Positions 12,690-22,706 of a stretch of DNA of 64,000 nt are shown piece by piece. Each line of letters begins with the position of its first letter. Within the stretch, counting starts at the first letter, position 1. The stretch spans positions 512,001 to 576,000 of the forward strand of contig OY970303.1 in assembly GCA_963716255.1 (NCBI GenBank), given 5' to 3'. The DNA is from an uncultured Gemmatimonadales bacterium. Lineage in GTDB: Bacteria; Gemmatimonadota; Gemmatimonadetes; Longimicrobiales; Longimicrobiaceae. A model generated the notes under the pieces. It ran no database searches. It had not been told where the DNA came from and worked only from the letters and a program-made list of their open reading frames with translations. The position numbers and the translations under genes were made by a program.

Positions 12690-13682
12690 TTACCCCGCCG
12701 CGCGGACCCGCGGGGCTTCCCGGGCCCGCCGCCAGCTCCACAGCAGGATCCCCAGCCCCCCCAGGATCATCAGCGCGCTGAGCGTCTGCCCCATGGTGAG
12801 CGGGCCCAGCACCGTCCCCACCGGGTCGTCCGGGCCGCGGAACTGCGCGTCCGGCTGGCGGAAAAGCTCCACGAAGCTGCGGAACAGCCCGTACCCCAGC
12901 AGGAAGAGCCCCCCGAAGGTCCCGTCCGGCAGGCGCACGCCGCGCCTGCGGGCGATGGCGTACACCGCCCACAGGACCAGGCCCAGCAGCAGCCCCTCGG
13001 TCAGCGCCTCGTAGAGCTGCGAGGGGTGGCGCAGCGGCACCTGCGCCTTGACCGCCTCCCACGCACCGGAGTCGTACGCCGCCTGCAGGGCGTTCTCGCG
13101 GTCGCGCATCCCCATCCCCTCCAGCCGCAGCGCGCGCAGCGCCGCCGGGTCGGTGGGAAAGCGCATGGCCCAGGGAACGTCCGGCGCCGCGGGTCGCCCG
13201 TACAGCTCGCCGTTGATGAAGTTGGCGACGCGCACGAAGAAGATCCCGAAGGGAACCGCCAGCGCCAGCCCGTCGCCCAGGTTGAAGAAGGGGATCCTGT
13301 GGCGCCGCGTGAACCACCAGGTGGCGACGATCACCCCCAGCAGCCCGCCGTGGAAGGAGAGCCCCCCTTCCCAGATGCGGATGATGCGCGCGGGGTTCGC
13401 GGCGAAGTCGGCGAAGTCGTAGAAGAGGATGTAGCCGATCCGCCCGCCCAGGATCACCCCCAGCACCAGCGCGGTGATCAGGTCGCCCGCGGCGTCCGGC
13501 TCCATGCGCAGGAACTTGCGCTCCGCCAGGCGCCGCAGGACCAGGTAGGCCACGAAGAAGCCGGCCAGGTAGCCCAGGCCGTACCACCGCACGTCCACGG
13601 GACCCGGGAAGTCCAGCGCCACCGGGTCCAGCCGCGGAAAGGGGATCTCGAACAGCACGGAGGCAAGCGCCGCGAGGGTCAA
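12690..13682 (-). CDS. lgt: prolipoprotein diacylglyceryl transferase
   Basis: VRWYG, GGRIGY, GGLSFHGG, RVANFINGELYGR, HPSQLYE. Confidence 0.96.
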   Translation of the reverse strand: MTLAALASVLFEIPFPRLDPVALDFPGPVDVRWYGLGYLAGFFVAYLVLRRLAERKFLRMEPDAAGDLITALVLGVILGGRIGYILFYDFADFAANPARIIRIWEGGLSFHGGLLGVIVATWWFTRRHRIPFFNLGDGLALAVPFGIFFVRVANFINGELYGRPAAPDVPWAMRFPTDPAALRALRLEGMGMRDRENALQAAYDSGAWEAVKAQVPLRHPSQLYEALTEGLLLGLVLWAVYAIARRRGVRLPDGTFGGLFLLGYGLFRSFVELFRQPDAQFRGPDDPVGTVLGPLTMGQTLSALMILGGLGILLWSWRRAREAPRVRAAG

Positions 13683-13722
13683 CGCGAGGCGGGGTGCGGG
13701 TGAGCGGGACCGGGCGCGCGGG

Positions 13723-14427
13723 CTACTTGGCCAGCGCGCGCCCCTCGGCCTCCGCGAGGCGCATCTCGTACAGCGAGCGCTCGAAGGAGCCCTCCTCCGT
13801 CATGTCGCGCAGCCGGCGGTACAGCTCCGCCGCGCCGGCGAAATCGCCGCCCTGCTGCCGCAGCGTCGCCGCCTCGGCGAGCGCCGCCTCCTGCTGGTAC
13901 TCCAGCTCCGCCGCGTCGGCGACGCGCAGGTAGCTGTCGATGGCGGCCTGGCGGTTGCCGGACTGGTTGTGGGCCGCGCCCAGGAGCATGGCGCCCTGCG
14001 CCCCCACCGGCGTCCCCGGGCCCTCGTCCACCCCTTGCAGGACGGTGACCGCCTCCTTGGCCCTGCCGGCGTCCAGGTGGACCTTGGCGAGCAGCAGGCG
14101 GGCCTGGTCGGCCTGCACCGTGCCGTCGAAGCGGCGGATGAAGTCCTGCAGGTCGCGCTGCGCGAGGGTGGCGTTGCCGGAGAGCGCCGTCTGCTCCACC
14201 GTCGCGAAGGCGATGGACGCCCTTTCCTCGCTCTGCCGCTTCTGGTACCCGTAGAACAGGTACGCCCCCACGGCCACGATCGCCAGCATGGCGATCCCCA
14301 CCACCACGCGGGCGTTCCTGCGCGCCCACTCGGAGAGCTGGATCGCGCGTGCCATCACCACGTCTTCGGAGTCGAGGGCGTGGGAGGTGTTCCGGGAGCG
14401 GGAGGAGGCGACGGACGGGGAAGCCAT
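13723..14427 (-). CDS. YfgM-like membrane-anchored TPR protein
   Basis: W-x-x-x-N before a single TM helix, then TPR-like helices; GAGG upstream of ATG 14427. Confidence 0.75.
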   Translation of the reverse strand: MASPSVASSRSRNTSHALDSEDVVMARAIQLSEWARRNARVVVGIAMLAIVAVGAYLFYGYQKRQSEERASIAFATVEQTALSGNATLAQRDLQDFIRRFDGTVQADQARLLLAKVHLDAGRAKEAVTVLQGVDEGPGTPVGAQGAMLLGAAHNQSGNRQAAIDSYLRVADAAELEYQQEAALAEAATLRQQGGDFAGAAELYRRLRDMTEEGSFERSLYEMRLAEAEGRALAK

Positions 14428-14781
14428 AGGACCTCGAGTATCGGTGGTTCGGCCGGGGCCCGTGGGGGCGCCGCAGCGGCCGGGGAAGACGTGGGCGATG
14501 GGGCGCCCGGCTGCGGGCGAGCCGGAGGCCGCGCGGTCCCGCCGGGTACACACCCGCGCGCCGGAAGGTCCGGGCGGCGATGTCTGCAGGAGCGGGGGGC
14601 AAACAGGAAAATTAGCCGTTCCCGGGGGGCGGTGTCAACCGCGAGCGGGCACCCGCCGCACGTCCCGGTGGAACGGGGGTTGCGCGTACGGCGGCACGGC
14701 GCCCGGGCTCCCGTGCGCGCACCCGTCCCCCGCGGCGCCCTCTCGCGGCGGACGTCCTCCACTTCCGCGCCCGCACCCCAC

Positions 14782-15738
14782 ATGGACTTCCTCTTCGGTC
14801 CCGAGCCCATCGCCGCGGTCCAGCGGATCTTCGGACCCGGGTGGGTGCCCTTGTTCAGGCTGGTGTCGCTGCTGGGCTCCAACTGGGGCGTGGTCCTGGG
14901 GCTGGGGATCGCCGTGTGGCTCGCCGGCCGGCGGACGGCGTACGCGCTGGCCGGCGCCCTCGCGGTGGAGGGCGTCGTCAACGTGGTGCTCAACCGGCTC
15001 GTCGAGGTCCCGCGGCCGAGCCATCCTTCCATCGTCGTCTACGAGCAGGTCCCGCTCAGCTCCTTCCCCAGCGGCCACGTCTTCACCGCCGCCGTGGTCT
15101 GGGGGGCGCTCTGGCTGTTCGGCAGGGTCCCGGCGGCGGCCGCCGCCCTCGCCGTGCTCGCGGTCGGCGTCGCCCGCCTGGGGCTGGGCGTGCACTTCCT
15201 GGGCGACGTGCTGGGCGGGCTCGCCTTCGCCGCGGTCCTCCTGCTGGGCTTCCGCCGGCTCTGGCCGCGGGTCCAGGGGTGGGCGGCGGAACGCTCCTTC
15301 GCCTTCTTCGCGGGGGCGGGCGCGCTCGCGGCCGCCGCCGCGCTGGCCTCCACCCGGGTGATCGGCGACAACGAGCACGAGTGGGGCGCCGTGGGCATCG
15401 CGGTGGGGATGATCACGGGGCTGCTCGCCGGGGCGCGCTGGCTCCGCTTCGACGGGGGACCGGGGTCCGCCGGACACCGGGCGGCGAGGCTGCTGCTGGG
15501 GAGCGCCGGGATCGCGGCGGCCTTCCTGGTCGCCCGGCGCGCGGGCTCCGATGCCCTGGGGGTGCAGGCGGCGGCCGCGGGGCTCGCCACGCTGTGGGCG
15601 ACGCTGCTGGCGCCGGCGGTCTTCGCCGCGACGGGGCTCGGCGCGCGCGAGGGAGATTCGGGGCAGCCGGCCACGGCACGGCCGGCTAGCGCAGGTGGCG
15701 GAGGTAGCGCTCCGGGTCCAGGAGGAAGTCGCGGGTGA
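14782..15738 (+). CDS. PAP2 family membrane phosphatase
   Basis: PRP, SFPSGH, RLGLGVHFLGDV motifs. Confidence 0.88.
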   Translation: MDFLFGPEPIAAVQRIFGPGWVPLFRLVSLLGSNWGVVLGLGIAVWLAGRRTAYALAGALAVEGVVNVVLNRLVEVPRPSHPSIVVYEQVPLSSFPSGHVFTAAVVWGALWLFGRVPAAAAALAVLAVGVARLGLGVHFLGDVLGGLAFAAVLLLGFRRLWPRVQGWAAERSFAFFAGAGALAAAAALASTRVIGDNEHEWGAVGIAVGMITGLLAGARWLRFDGGPGSAGHRAARLLLGSAGIAAAFLVARRAGSDALGVQAAAAGLATLWATLLAPAVFAATGLGAREGDSGQPATARPASAGGGGSAPGPGGSRG

Positions 15739-16495
15739 GGTTGACGTGCTCCAGGTCGCCGTACGCCACCTCCTGCACGGGCGCGGCGTCGAAGCTGTAG
15801 ATGCGGGCGCCGGGAAGCGCCAGCAGGATGGGCGAGTGCGTCGCCACCACGAACTGCGCCCCCTCCGCCACCGCGTCCGACAGGAGAGCCAGCAGCGCGA
15901 GCTGCCGCTGCGGCGACAGCGGCGCCTCGGGCTCGTCCAGCAGGTACAGCCCGGTGCCGTCGATGCGGCGGGTGAACAGCTCCAGGAAGCTTTCCCCGTG
16001 CGAGCGGGCGTCGTACTCGCCCATGAACTCCACGGCGGCGGCCTCGTCCGGATGCACGCCGGACTCCCAGTCGCTCGCCCGCTCGGGGGGTGGGGCGGCC
16101 AGCCCGGACTCGCGCGTCTCCCGGTGGATGCGCGCCCGGTCGCGCGCCCGTCGCTTGAGGTATCCGAAGAAATCCTCCGCGCGCAGGAAGAAGCCGTGCC
16201 GCGTCCGCTTCCGCCAGGTGAGCCGGAGCGTGGAGGCCAGCGCCCGCTGCGCCTCCAGCGACGGGTCGTACTCCACTTCGTCGCTCCCCAGCGTCGGCAG
16301 CTGGGCCGCGGCGGCGATCCCCTCCAGCAGCGTGGACTTGCCGGAGCCGTTCTCCCCCACGAAGAAGGTCACCGGCGCGGACAGGTCGAGCACGTCCAGC
16401 GAGCGGATGGCGGGCACGGAAAACGGGAAGCCGTCGCGCGACCGTTCCAGCGGCAGGCCGGGCTCCCTGCGGGATACGTGGAGAAGCTGGGGCAT
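15686..16495 (-). CDS. AAA/ABC-type ATPase, soluble
   Basis: GENGSGKST, SHGESF, LLDEPE, ATHSP. Confidence 0.88.
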   Translation of the reverse strand: MPQLLHVSRREPGLPLERSRDGFPFSVPAIRSLDVLDLSAPVTFFVGENGSGKSTLLEGIAAAAQLPTLGSDEVEYDPSLEAQRALASTLRLTWRKRTRHGFFLRAEDFFGYLKRRARDRARIHRETRESGLAAPPPERASDWESGVHPDEAAAVEFMGEYDARSHGESFLELFTRRIDGTGLYLLDEPEAPLSPQRQLALLALLSDAVAEGAQFVVATHSPILLALPGARIYSFDAAPVQEVAYGDLEHVNLTRDFLLDPERYLRHLR

Positions 16496-16625
16496 GCGGT
16501 GCGGGTCGGGTACCGTGAAACGGGGAAGAGTTCGCTGCCCCCCGGCCGGCGCAATCCGCAGGCCCAGCGCTCCTCGGAGAGCCGCCGGGCCGGCCGCCTG
16601 GTGGCGTCCGGCCCGGCGGTGTGGG

Positions 16626-16826
16626 CTACTCGATGAAGCAGATGCAGGGCCCGTCGATGCAGACCCCGCCCGAGTTCCCCTGCGAGATGCAGTCCTTGCG
16701 GCACCGCCCGGTGGCGCAGGCGAGCTCCGCGGACTCCCGGGGCTCCGCGAGCGCCTGCGTGGCTCCGAAGCCTAGGGCCGCCAGGGTGGCTAGGCCATAC
16801 AGGGTTGCGCCGAGCCTGCTTCTCAT
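16626..16826 (-). CDS. secreted defensin-like Cys-rich peptide (66 aa)
   Basis: Signal peptide ending ALA; C-x4-C-x3-C-x9-C-x4-C-x-C with GxC. Confidence 0.75.
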   Translation of the reverse strand: MRSRLGATLYGLATLAALGFGATQALAEPRESAELACATGRCRKDCISQGNSGGVCIDGPCICFIE

Positions 16827-17041
16827 GAGGGCGCGCGGCGCCCACTGGGCATGTCCCGCACAGGAATCTTGCAGGGGCTGGCCGACAGGAATAGTTGCAT
16901 AGATCCGGGTAGGACACTCCACGCACCTGGGGCCGTGCGCCGCTGTCGTGGCACCGGCCCCTCGTCAAAGGAGATAGAGGGATTTCCGGGATAGATCCAG
17001 CTCCGCTTCCGTCCATACCCACAGAATCCGAGGTTCACGGA

Positions 17042-18103
17042 ATGACAACGCAACGCCGCTTTCAGATCTTCGTCGCGTCGACCTCCTGGGATCTCATCGC
17101 CGAGCGGCAAACGGTGGTGAGCGCGATTCTGGGTGCCCATCACTTTCCCGCGGGAATGGAATATTTCGCTGCGGAGCACCGACTCCCGACCGATCTGAGC
17201 AGGCAGTGGATTGAGGAATCCGACCTCTTCTGCTTACTGCTCGGACCCCGGTACGGCTCGATCGACCCAGAGTCTGGAAAGAGCTTCACGGAATGCGAAT
17301 ACGATCTCGCAATGTCACTGGGGAAGCACGTATGCGCGCTCGTTCTGGACGAGGCCTGGATCGATCGCAAGATCCGCGAATCCGATCGCCTGAAAGAGGA
17401 CCTCAGCCAACAGGACACCGTTGCATATCAGGCGTTTCGGAGCAAGGTCAAAGGTTTGCATGTTCGACCCGTCGGCTCCCCGGATGGCATCACGGCGGAA
17501 ATTTCGGGATGGACCAAAGCAGTAGAGGCCAGGGATGACATGAAAGGGTGGGTGCGAGTGGACAGCCACGACCTGTTCGCCCCCGAGCATTTGTACCTGA
17601 ATGGACCCTGGGTCGACGCCGCCTATCTGTCGAAACATGATTTTCCGCCCGACGGACTCGTCTGCTTTGGCAGCCGGTGCATGGTCGAGTGGAAGAGGGC
17701 AAGGCTTCACACGAAGGGATTCAACTATGATTACAAGGGTCGCCAGTGGGGATTCTATCAATCTGACAGTTCCGTTGGAACACCGCTCGACGTGGACTAC
17801 ACGTTCCGTTGGAACACACCGTGGGACCGGGAGTCCTCCAAGCTGGGATGCGGGAGGCTGAAGGTCATCAAGCCGCTGGACCATGCTGGCAACCAGGACG
17901 CGACTTATCGTGGATACTTCTTCACCGAGTCGTCTCTCAGGTTCCAGTACAAGGGCAGGAAGCTCCTCGACAAGGAGCAGGGCCTCCCTCCCGAAAAGGT
18001 CGTGCCTCGGTGGATGGAGCACCTGTCGCGCGAACTCGGGTGTCCGATCGCTACGCAGGAGCAGGTGGCCAGCGTGCTAGGCGGCAAGGGCGCTGTGTGG
18101 TGA
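17042..18103 (+). CDS. DUF4062 domain protein with aromatic beta-rich C-terminal domain
   Basis: IFVASTSWDL..ER, GMEYF, RYGS, SFTECEY; visibly lower GC than the flanks. Confidence 0.8.
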   Translation: MTTQRRFQIFVASTSWDLIAERQTVVSAILGAHHFPAGMEYFAAEHRLPTDLSRQWIEESDLFCLLLGPRYGSIDPESGKSFTECEYDLAMSLGKHVCALVLDEAWIDRKIRESDRLKEDLSQQDTVAYQAFRSKVKGLHVRPVGSPDGITAEISGWTKAVEARDDMKGWVRVDSHDLFAPEHLYLNGPWVDAAYLSKHDFPPDGLVCFGSRCMVEWKRARLHTKGFNYDYKGRQWGFYQSDSSVGTPLDVDYTFRWNTPWDRESSKLGCGRLKVIKPLDHAGNQDATYRGYFFTESSLRFQYKGRKLLDKEQGLPPEKVVPRWMEHLSRELGCPIATQEQVASVLGGKGAVW

Positions 18104-18187
18104 GCCATACCCGCGCCGTGGAGATCTGCGCGTACGGCGGCGGTTGAGTCTTCCGCCACCGCCTCCGGCGTTGTAGATTTTGGGCGT

Positions 18188-18261
18188 GCCCTCGTAGCTC
18201 AGGTGGATAGAGCAAGACTTTCCTAAAGTCGAGGTCGCAGGTTCGAGTCCTGCCGAGGGCA
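18188..18261 (+). tRNA. tRNA-Arg(CCT)
   Basis: Acceptor GCCCTCG/CGAGGGC, D-arm GCTC/GAGC, anticodon loop TTCCTAA, T-arm GCAGG-TTCGAGT-CCTGC; full CCA not encoded. Confidence 0.93.
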
Positions 18262-18271
18262 CCTGAAGCCG

Positions 18272-18312
18272 AGCGGCCCCCTTCTCAACTGGGAGGGGGC
18301 CGCTTCTGTTTT
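18272..18312 (+). terminator. Rho-independent terminator after tRNA
   Basis: GCGGCCCCCT...AGGGGGCCGC stem plus TTCTGTTTT. Confidence 0.8.
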
Positions 18313-18692
18313 GCAGGATCTGAGATCCGGGCCGAAGCCACGCAGATCCGTCTATCCGATGCGCGGAGAGAGCTCCAGGCGCGCCGGGCGCGGGGCGACG
18401 CGGCGCGCACGCCCGACCTGTCGACGTTCTACACCCTCGTCCTACCCGAACGCGGTCGGCGGCGTGGCGGCCGACCTCCCGGGCGTGGAGGCGGCGTACC
18501 TGCAGGGCGCGGCGGCGACGGCCAGGAGGTCGGCTTCGCCGATCTTGAGCAGGGATGGACGCTGAATCACGAGGACCTGTTGGCGGCGGGCATCACGGTG
18601 ATCTCGGGGGTTCAACCACGCCTGCAAACCACACGGGACGGCGGTGCGGGGCGAGGGCTGGCCCGGAGCCCCGGTCGTCCCCCACGAGAAGC

Positions 18693-18721
18693 GCCCCGGC
18701 GGTCGCGACGACCGCCGGGGC
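18693..18721 (-). terminator. 13-bp hairpin downstream of the 14-gene operon
   Basis: GCCCCGGCGGTCG-cga-CGACCGCCGGGGC. Confidence 0.55.
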
Positions 18722-18773
18722 CTGCCTTTCGGAGATCCGCACCCACCGGGACGGCCCGGGCCCACGGTGCCGG

Positions 18774-21700
18774 TCAGCTCTGGCACCCGGTGTTCTTGAT
18801 CATCCCGAAGATCCTGTGTGCCGCGGGGTTGGCGATGCCACCGGAGGCGTTGAGGGGGATGCGGCCGTACCGGTTGAGGGTGACCGACCCGTTCTCGTTG
18901 CCGCCGACGGTCTCCGCGAATCGGCCACCCGCGTTTTCCACGATCCGCACGACCAGGGTGCAGTGGGAGCTGCCCGACGGCCGGACGTTCTGCCGGTCAT
19001 GCGTGCCGTCCTGCCAGAAGGCCCGGCGCAGGTTGCTGTAGCTGTGCGTGGTCAACCGCCCGTCCACCTCGCGGTTCATGCACAGCAGGTCGCCAGGCTG
19101 GACGGTGGTCTCGTTGACGATCTCGAGGGAGTCGAGGAGCCAGAACGGACGGCTGGTGTCGCTCCGCTCGCGGTTGCGGAGCGCGCCCACGATGTAGTGG
19201 ATGTGCGCCCCGGCGAACTCGAAGCCGTGCGTCCGCCGCACCCCTGCCTGGCTCATCACGTAGCAGATGAATGCGGCGCTCCACGGGAAGTTGCGGTCGT
19301 TGCGCGCCGAGGCCGCCGCGGCCACCGCGGCGTTGGCCCCTGGGACCGCTCCCCAGTAACGCTGGAGCGCGGGAAGTCGTCCGGGATCGTTCTCCGGGAT
19401 CGGCGCGCCGTTGCGCATCCAGTCCGCCAGCTCGCGGAGCGCGACGCCGGCGATGGTCTGGCCCAGCATGCACCAGTTGATCCCCGGCGCGGCCTGGAGT
19501 GGGGCCGCGCCGGCCACGGGGTGCGCGGCGCGATAGACGCGCAGGGCGCGCGCCGCGTGGCCTCTACGGGTGGTGAAGACGGCCTGCACCCTGGGATGGG
19601 TACGGGGGAGGAGGGCGCCGTTCTCCAGCAGGCTTCCCGGCACCTCGAAGCGGTAGACGACCTCGTCGGCCGAGTCGTTCACCGTGACGTTCGCCTGGGT
19701 CACGAGCCGATGGACGGCCGCGTAGCCGTTCCGGAGCTCGCTTACCAAGTAGTCGAGCTGGGCATCCATGTTGAACAGGATCGCGGAGCCCAGCGCCCGG
19801 CTCTGGTAGCCGTGCCGGAACAGCCCCGCGCGACGGGCGGAGGAGGTCCACTGCGCCAGGCCGATCCCCGGCAGGCGCGGCCCCTGCTGGGCGGCCGGGC
19901 TGCGGTTCATCACCTCGTCCGCCGTGAAGTCCCTGGTGCCGCCGGCGAAGGCGGGCGCCCGCATGGGCGTGGCCGCCGCGCTCCCCTCGATGCGGCTGGG
20001 GAGGACGCCGGACTCGGCCCACAGGTTCCCCACCAGCCCCGCCGCGCCGTTCACCGGGAAGGCGTGCTGGTTCACCAGGCACTCCATCACGTACAGGATG
20101 CGGTCGTCCGCGCTCACCCGCGGCCAGTCGGCGGTGGGGCCGCTGGCCGGCACCGCTGCGGCCTGGAGGGCGAACGCGCCGTCCTCGCGGACCAGCGGGA
20201 CCACGCCGGGAGAGACTCCCGGGTCCTCCAGCGCCGCGGCGGACGGGTAGCGCTCGAAGAGGCCGAGCGGCGCGCCGTACGCGTGGCCCGTGGCGCTTCG
20301 CCCCGTGGCTTCGAAGCGCGCCGGGAAGCCGGCCGGGTTGTACTCCCAGTGCCAGGGCTCGCGCCGGTACGGGAACCAGCCGTGCTCGCGCCCATGCAGC
20401 GCCATCCACTTGTAGACGGGTGAGCGGTACATGGCGACGATGTTGCTCATGGGCCGCGTGGTGATCTCGCGGACGCTCAGCCCCGGCACGCTCAGCAGCA
20501 GGTCGATCGCCAGGCCGTAGCAGTGCGCGGAGACGCGCTGCGCCACGGCGCTGGCGTTGGGATTCTTCGCCGCCAGCCCCTGCTGCGTGGCCAGGCTGCG
20601 CCACGCCGAGCCGATGCGCAGCGTCACGCCGTCGGCGCGGGCGGCGGCGCGCATGGCCACGTACGCGTCCTTCGCGTCCGGGTAGAGGCGGAAGCGCGTC
20701 TCGTCCGGCACCGCCTGGACGACCGAGTCCACGTCATGGTAGCGGATGGAGGTGACGCGCCGCTCGGGCACCCGGGCGGCGAGCGCGTCGAAGAGCGCGG
20801 TGGGCTCCACCGAGCGGTTCTGGTCGTTGCCGGGGAAATCTGTCCGCGACCAGTCCACCCCGGAGAGGAAGTGGCTGCGGCGCGCGGCGTCGGAGATCAG
20901 CTCGATCCCCGAGCGGCCGGTGTCGGCGATCCACGATGCGACGGCGGAAGCCAGCGGCGCGCGGGCGGCCGGGGCGGCGGCCAGCCAGGCGCGGACGTCG
21001 TCGTCCACGGCCAGCGCCTCCACGTAGCCGTATCCGCCGTGGACGCCGGCGTATCCTGCACCTTGGCCGGCGCTGGCCGGCTCGGCCTCCTCCGCCGGGT
21101 AGGCGTCATCGTCCAGGGCATGGCCGTGTGCGGCGGGCGCCAGACGCACGCTGGCGCGGACGTCCTGCAGCAGCGTGGGTCCGAAGGTGCCGGGGATCTC
21201 GTCGTGCCCGACCGTGGTCGCCTCGGCGCGGTAGGCGTCGCGGAGCGCGTCGCCGGCGCGGGGGAGGGAGCGGCCCACCATCTCGGACGCGGTGCGGGTG
21301 CCTCTTCCGTACAGGATGCGCAGCCCCCCGCCCCGCGCGCGCAGGTCGCCGGCCCCGAGCGCGCGGTCGGCGGCGATGCGGGCGAGCGCCCACCCCTCGG
21401 CGTTGGCGCCCGAGCCGTAGAGAGCGTCGAAGACGTGCACCTCGTGCGGGTTGCAGGCCGCGCGCGAGCTTCTCCACCCCAGCAGCTCGTTGAGCGGCGA
21501 GCCGCCGCCGGAGTGAGCGGTGAGGATCAGCCGCGACGTCCGCGGCGCGCCGGAGGGGCGGCGCAGCACCTCGCGCGCGAACCAGGCGAGCGAGTAGGCG
21601 ATCAGCGCCTCCAGCCCCGCCCCGCTCCCGGCCAGGAGCGCCGGGAAAGTGTAGGCGTCCGGGCGCGGCCGGGACTTGCCCTGGGGAGCGTGATTGTACG

Positions 21701-22706
21701 CGTTGAGCCGGGTCTGGTACTCCTGGCTGGTGATCTTCCGCCCGCGCGGGACGATGCCGAGCGTCGGACGCGCACGGCCGCCCAGCCTGAGGCCGCTCTT
21801 CTCGGCCTTGCGGCGGGTCAGCGCCGCGTCGGGCTCCATCGACTGGTAGCCGTGCAGGTGCACCACGACATCGATCTCGGCGCAGGCGTCGGGGACTTCG
21901 TTCCAGACGAGATACAGGTTCTCGCCGGTGCCGCCATGGCCGCGGAGCGGGTCCGACGCCCCCGCCGTGGCGGTGTTCACGTACCGCTCGCCGGCGGCGA
22001 TGACGCCGAGCGCGACCGCCGAGGGCGAGCCGAAGACGGACTCGTACTCCTCGTGGTGGTGGGCCCGGCGGCCGTTGCCGTTGTGAATCATGACGTCCTC
22101 GCGGGGGGTGTCGGTGAAGGGAGGGAGGGAGACGCGGGGGCGGCCGTCGCGGCTCTCCCGCACGCGTGACCGCGAAGAGCCGCGACGGCCGCCCGCGTGG
22201 AGCACGTGCGCCTGCACGCCGATCAGGTCGCTTGCGGCGCGGAAGTTGGCGGCCAGCGTCCGCCAGGGGAGCGTGTAGCGCTCGCCCCTGCCGACGGGCC
22301 AGGGATCGTTGATGCGCACCCAGGTGCCGTCTGGTGTGCCGTCGCCGTGCATCCCGGCGACCACGATGGAGTGCAGCCCGGGGCTGGCCTCGCCCAGCCA
22401 GACGGGGCCGTAGCGGGCCAGGACGCGGCGCAGCGCCTCCCCCGTCCAGCTGTCGCGCCGCTCCTGGGTGAGCCCCCAGGCGCGGGCCAGCGCGTCCACG
22501 TCGGCCGGGTGGAGGCCGGCGCGGTACGCCTCCCACGTCCCGGAGCCGGTGGCCACCTTCTGCGGATCGACGAAGATCGAGTCGCGCCAGCCGATGATCA
22601 TCGCCGCGGCGGCGGCCCAGCAGCTCATCCCGGTCAGCTGCGGGACGAGCGGGACCTCGTTCCACACGTCGAAGCGGCGGGCGACGCGCGTTTCGGTCTC
22701 AGGCAT
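18774..22706 (-). CDS. multi-enzyme polyprotein: papain-like protease, alpha/beta hydrolase, M15 DD-peptidase, phage-tail-type lysozyme, DUF2272/CHAP-like (operon gene 14)
   Basis: QLTGMSCWAA..LHSIV..NDP; HLHG..AHSGGG..FDALY; SAWRS..SAHCYGLAID..EPWHW; GLVGNLWAESG..GLAQWT; PWSAAFI..SHC..GGNE. Confidence 0.85.
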   Translation of the reverse strand: MPETETRVARRFDVWNEVPLVPQLTGMSCWAAAAAMIIGWRDSIFVDPQKVATGSGTWEAYRAGLHPADVDALARAWGLTQERRDSWTGEALRRVLARYGPVWLGEASPGLHSIVVAGMHGDGTPDGTWVRINDPWPVGRGERYTLPWRTLAANFRAASDLIGVQAHVLHAGGRRGSSRSRVRESRDGRPRVSLPPFTDTPREDVMIHNGNGRRAHHHEEYESVFGSPSAVALGVIAAGERYVNTATAGASDPLRGHGGTGENLYLVWNEVPDACAEIDVVVHLHGYQSMEPDAALTRRKAEKSGLRLGGRARPTLGIVPRGRKITSQEYQTRLNAYNHAPQGKSRPRPDAYTFPALLAGSGAGLEALIAYSLAWFAREVLRRPSGAPRTSRLILTAHSGGGSPLNELLGWRSSRAACNPHEVHVFDALYGSGANAEGWALARIAADRALGAGDLRARGGGLRILYGRGTRTASEMVGRSLPRAGDALRDAYRAEATTVGHDEIPGTFGPTLLQDVRASVRLAPAAHGHALDDDAYPAEEAEPASAGQGAGYAGVHGGYGYVEALAVDDDVRAWLAAAPAARAPLASAVASWIADTGRSGIELISDAARRSHFLSGVDWSRTDFPGNDQNRSVEPTALFDALAARVPERRVTSIRYHDVDSVVQAVPDETRFRLYPDAKDAYVAMRAAARADGVTLRIGSAWRSLATQQGLAAKNPNASAVAQRVSAHCYGLAIDLLLSVPGLSVREITTRPMSNIVAMYRSPVYKWMALHGREHGWFPYRREPWHWEYNPAGFPARFEATGRSATGHAYGAPLGLFERYPSAAALEDPGVSPGVVPLVREDGAFALQAAAVPASGPTADWPRVSADDRILYVMECLVNQHAFPVNGAAGLVGNLWAESGVLPSRIEGSAAATPMRAPAFAGGTRDFTADEVMNRSPAAQQGPRLPGIGLAQWTSSARRAGLFRHGYQSRALGSAILFNMDAQLDYLVSELRNGYAAVHRLVTQANVTVNDSADEVVYRFEVPGSLLENGALLPRTHPRVQAVFTTRRGHAARALRVYRAAHPVAGAAPLQAAPGINWCMLGQTIAGVALRELADWMRNGAPIPENDPGRLPALQRYWGAVPGANAAVAAAASARNDRNFPWSAAFICYVMSQAGVRRTHGFEFAGAHIHYIVGALRNRERSDTSRPFWLLDSLEIVNETTVQPGDLLCMNREVDGRLTTHSYSNLRRAFWQDGTHDRQNVRPSGSSHCTLVVRIVENAGGRFAETVGGNENGSVTLNRYGRIPLNASGGIANPAAHRIFGMIKNTGCQS

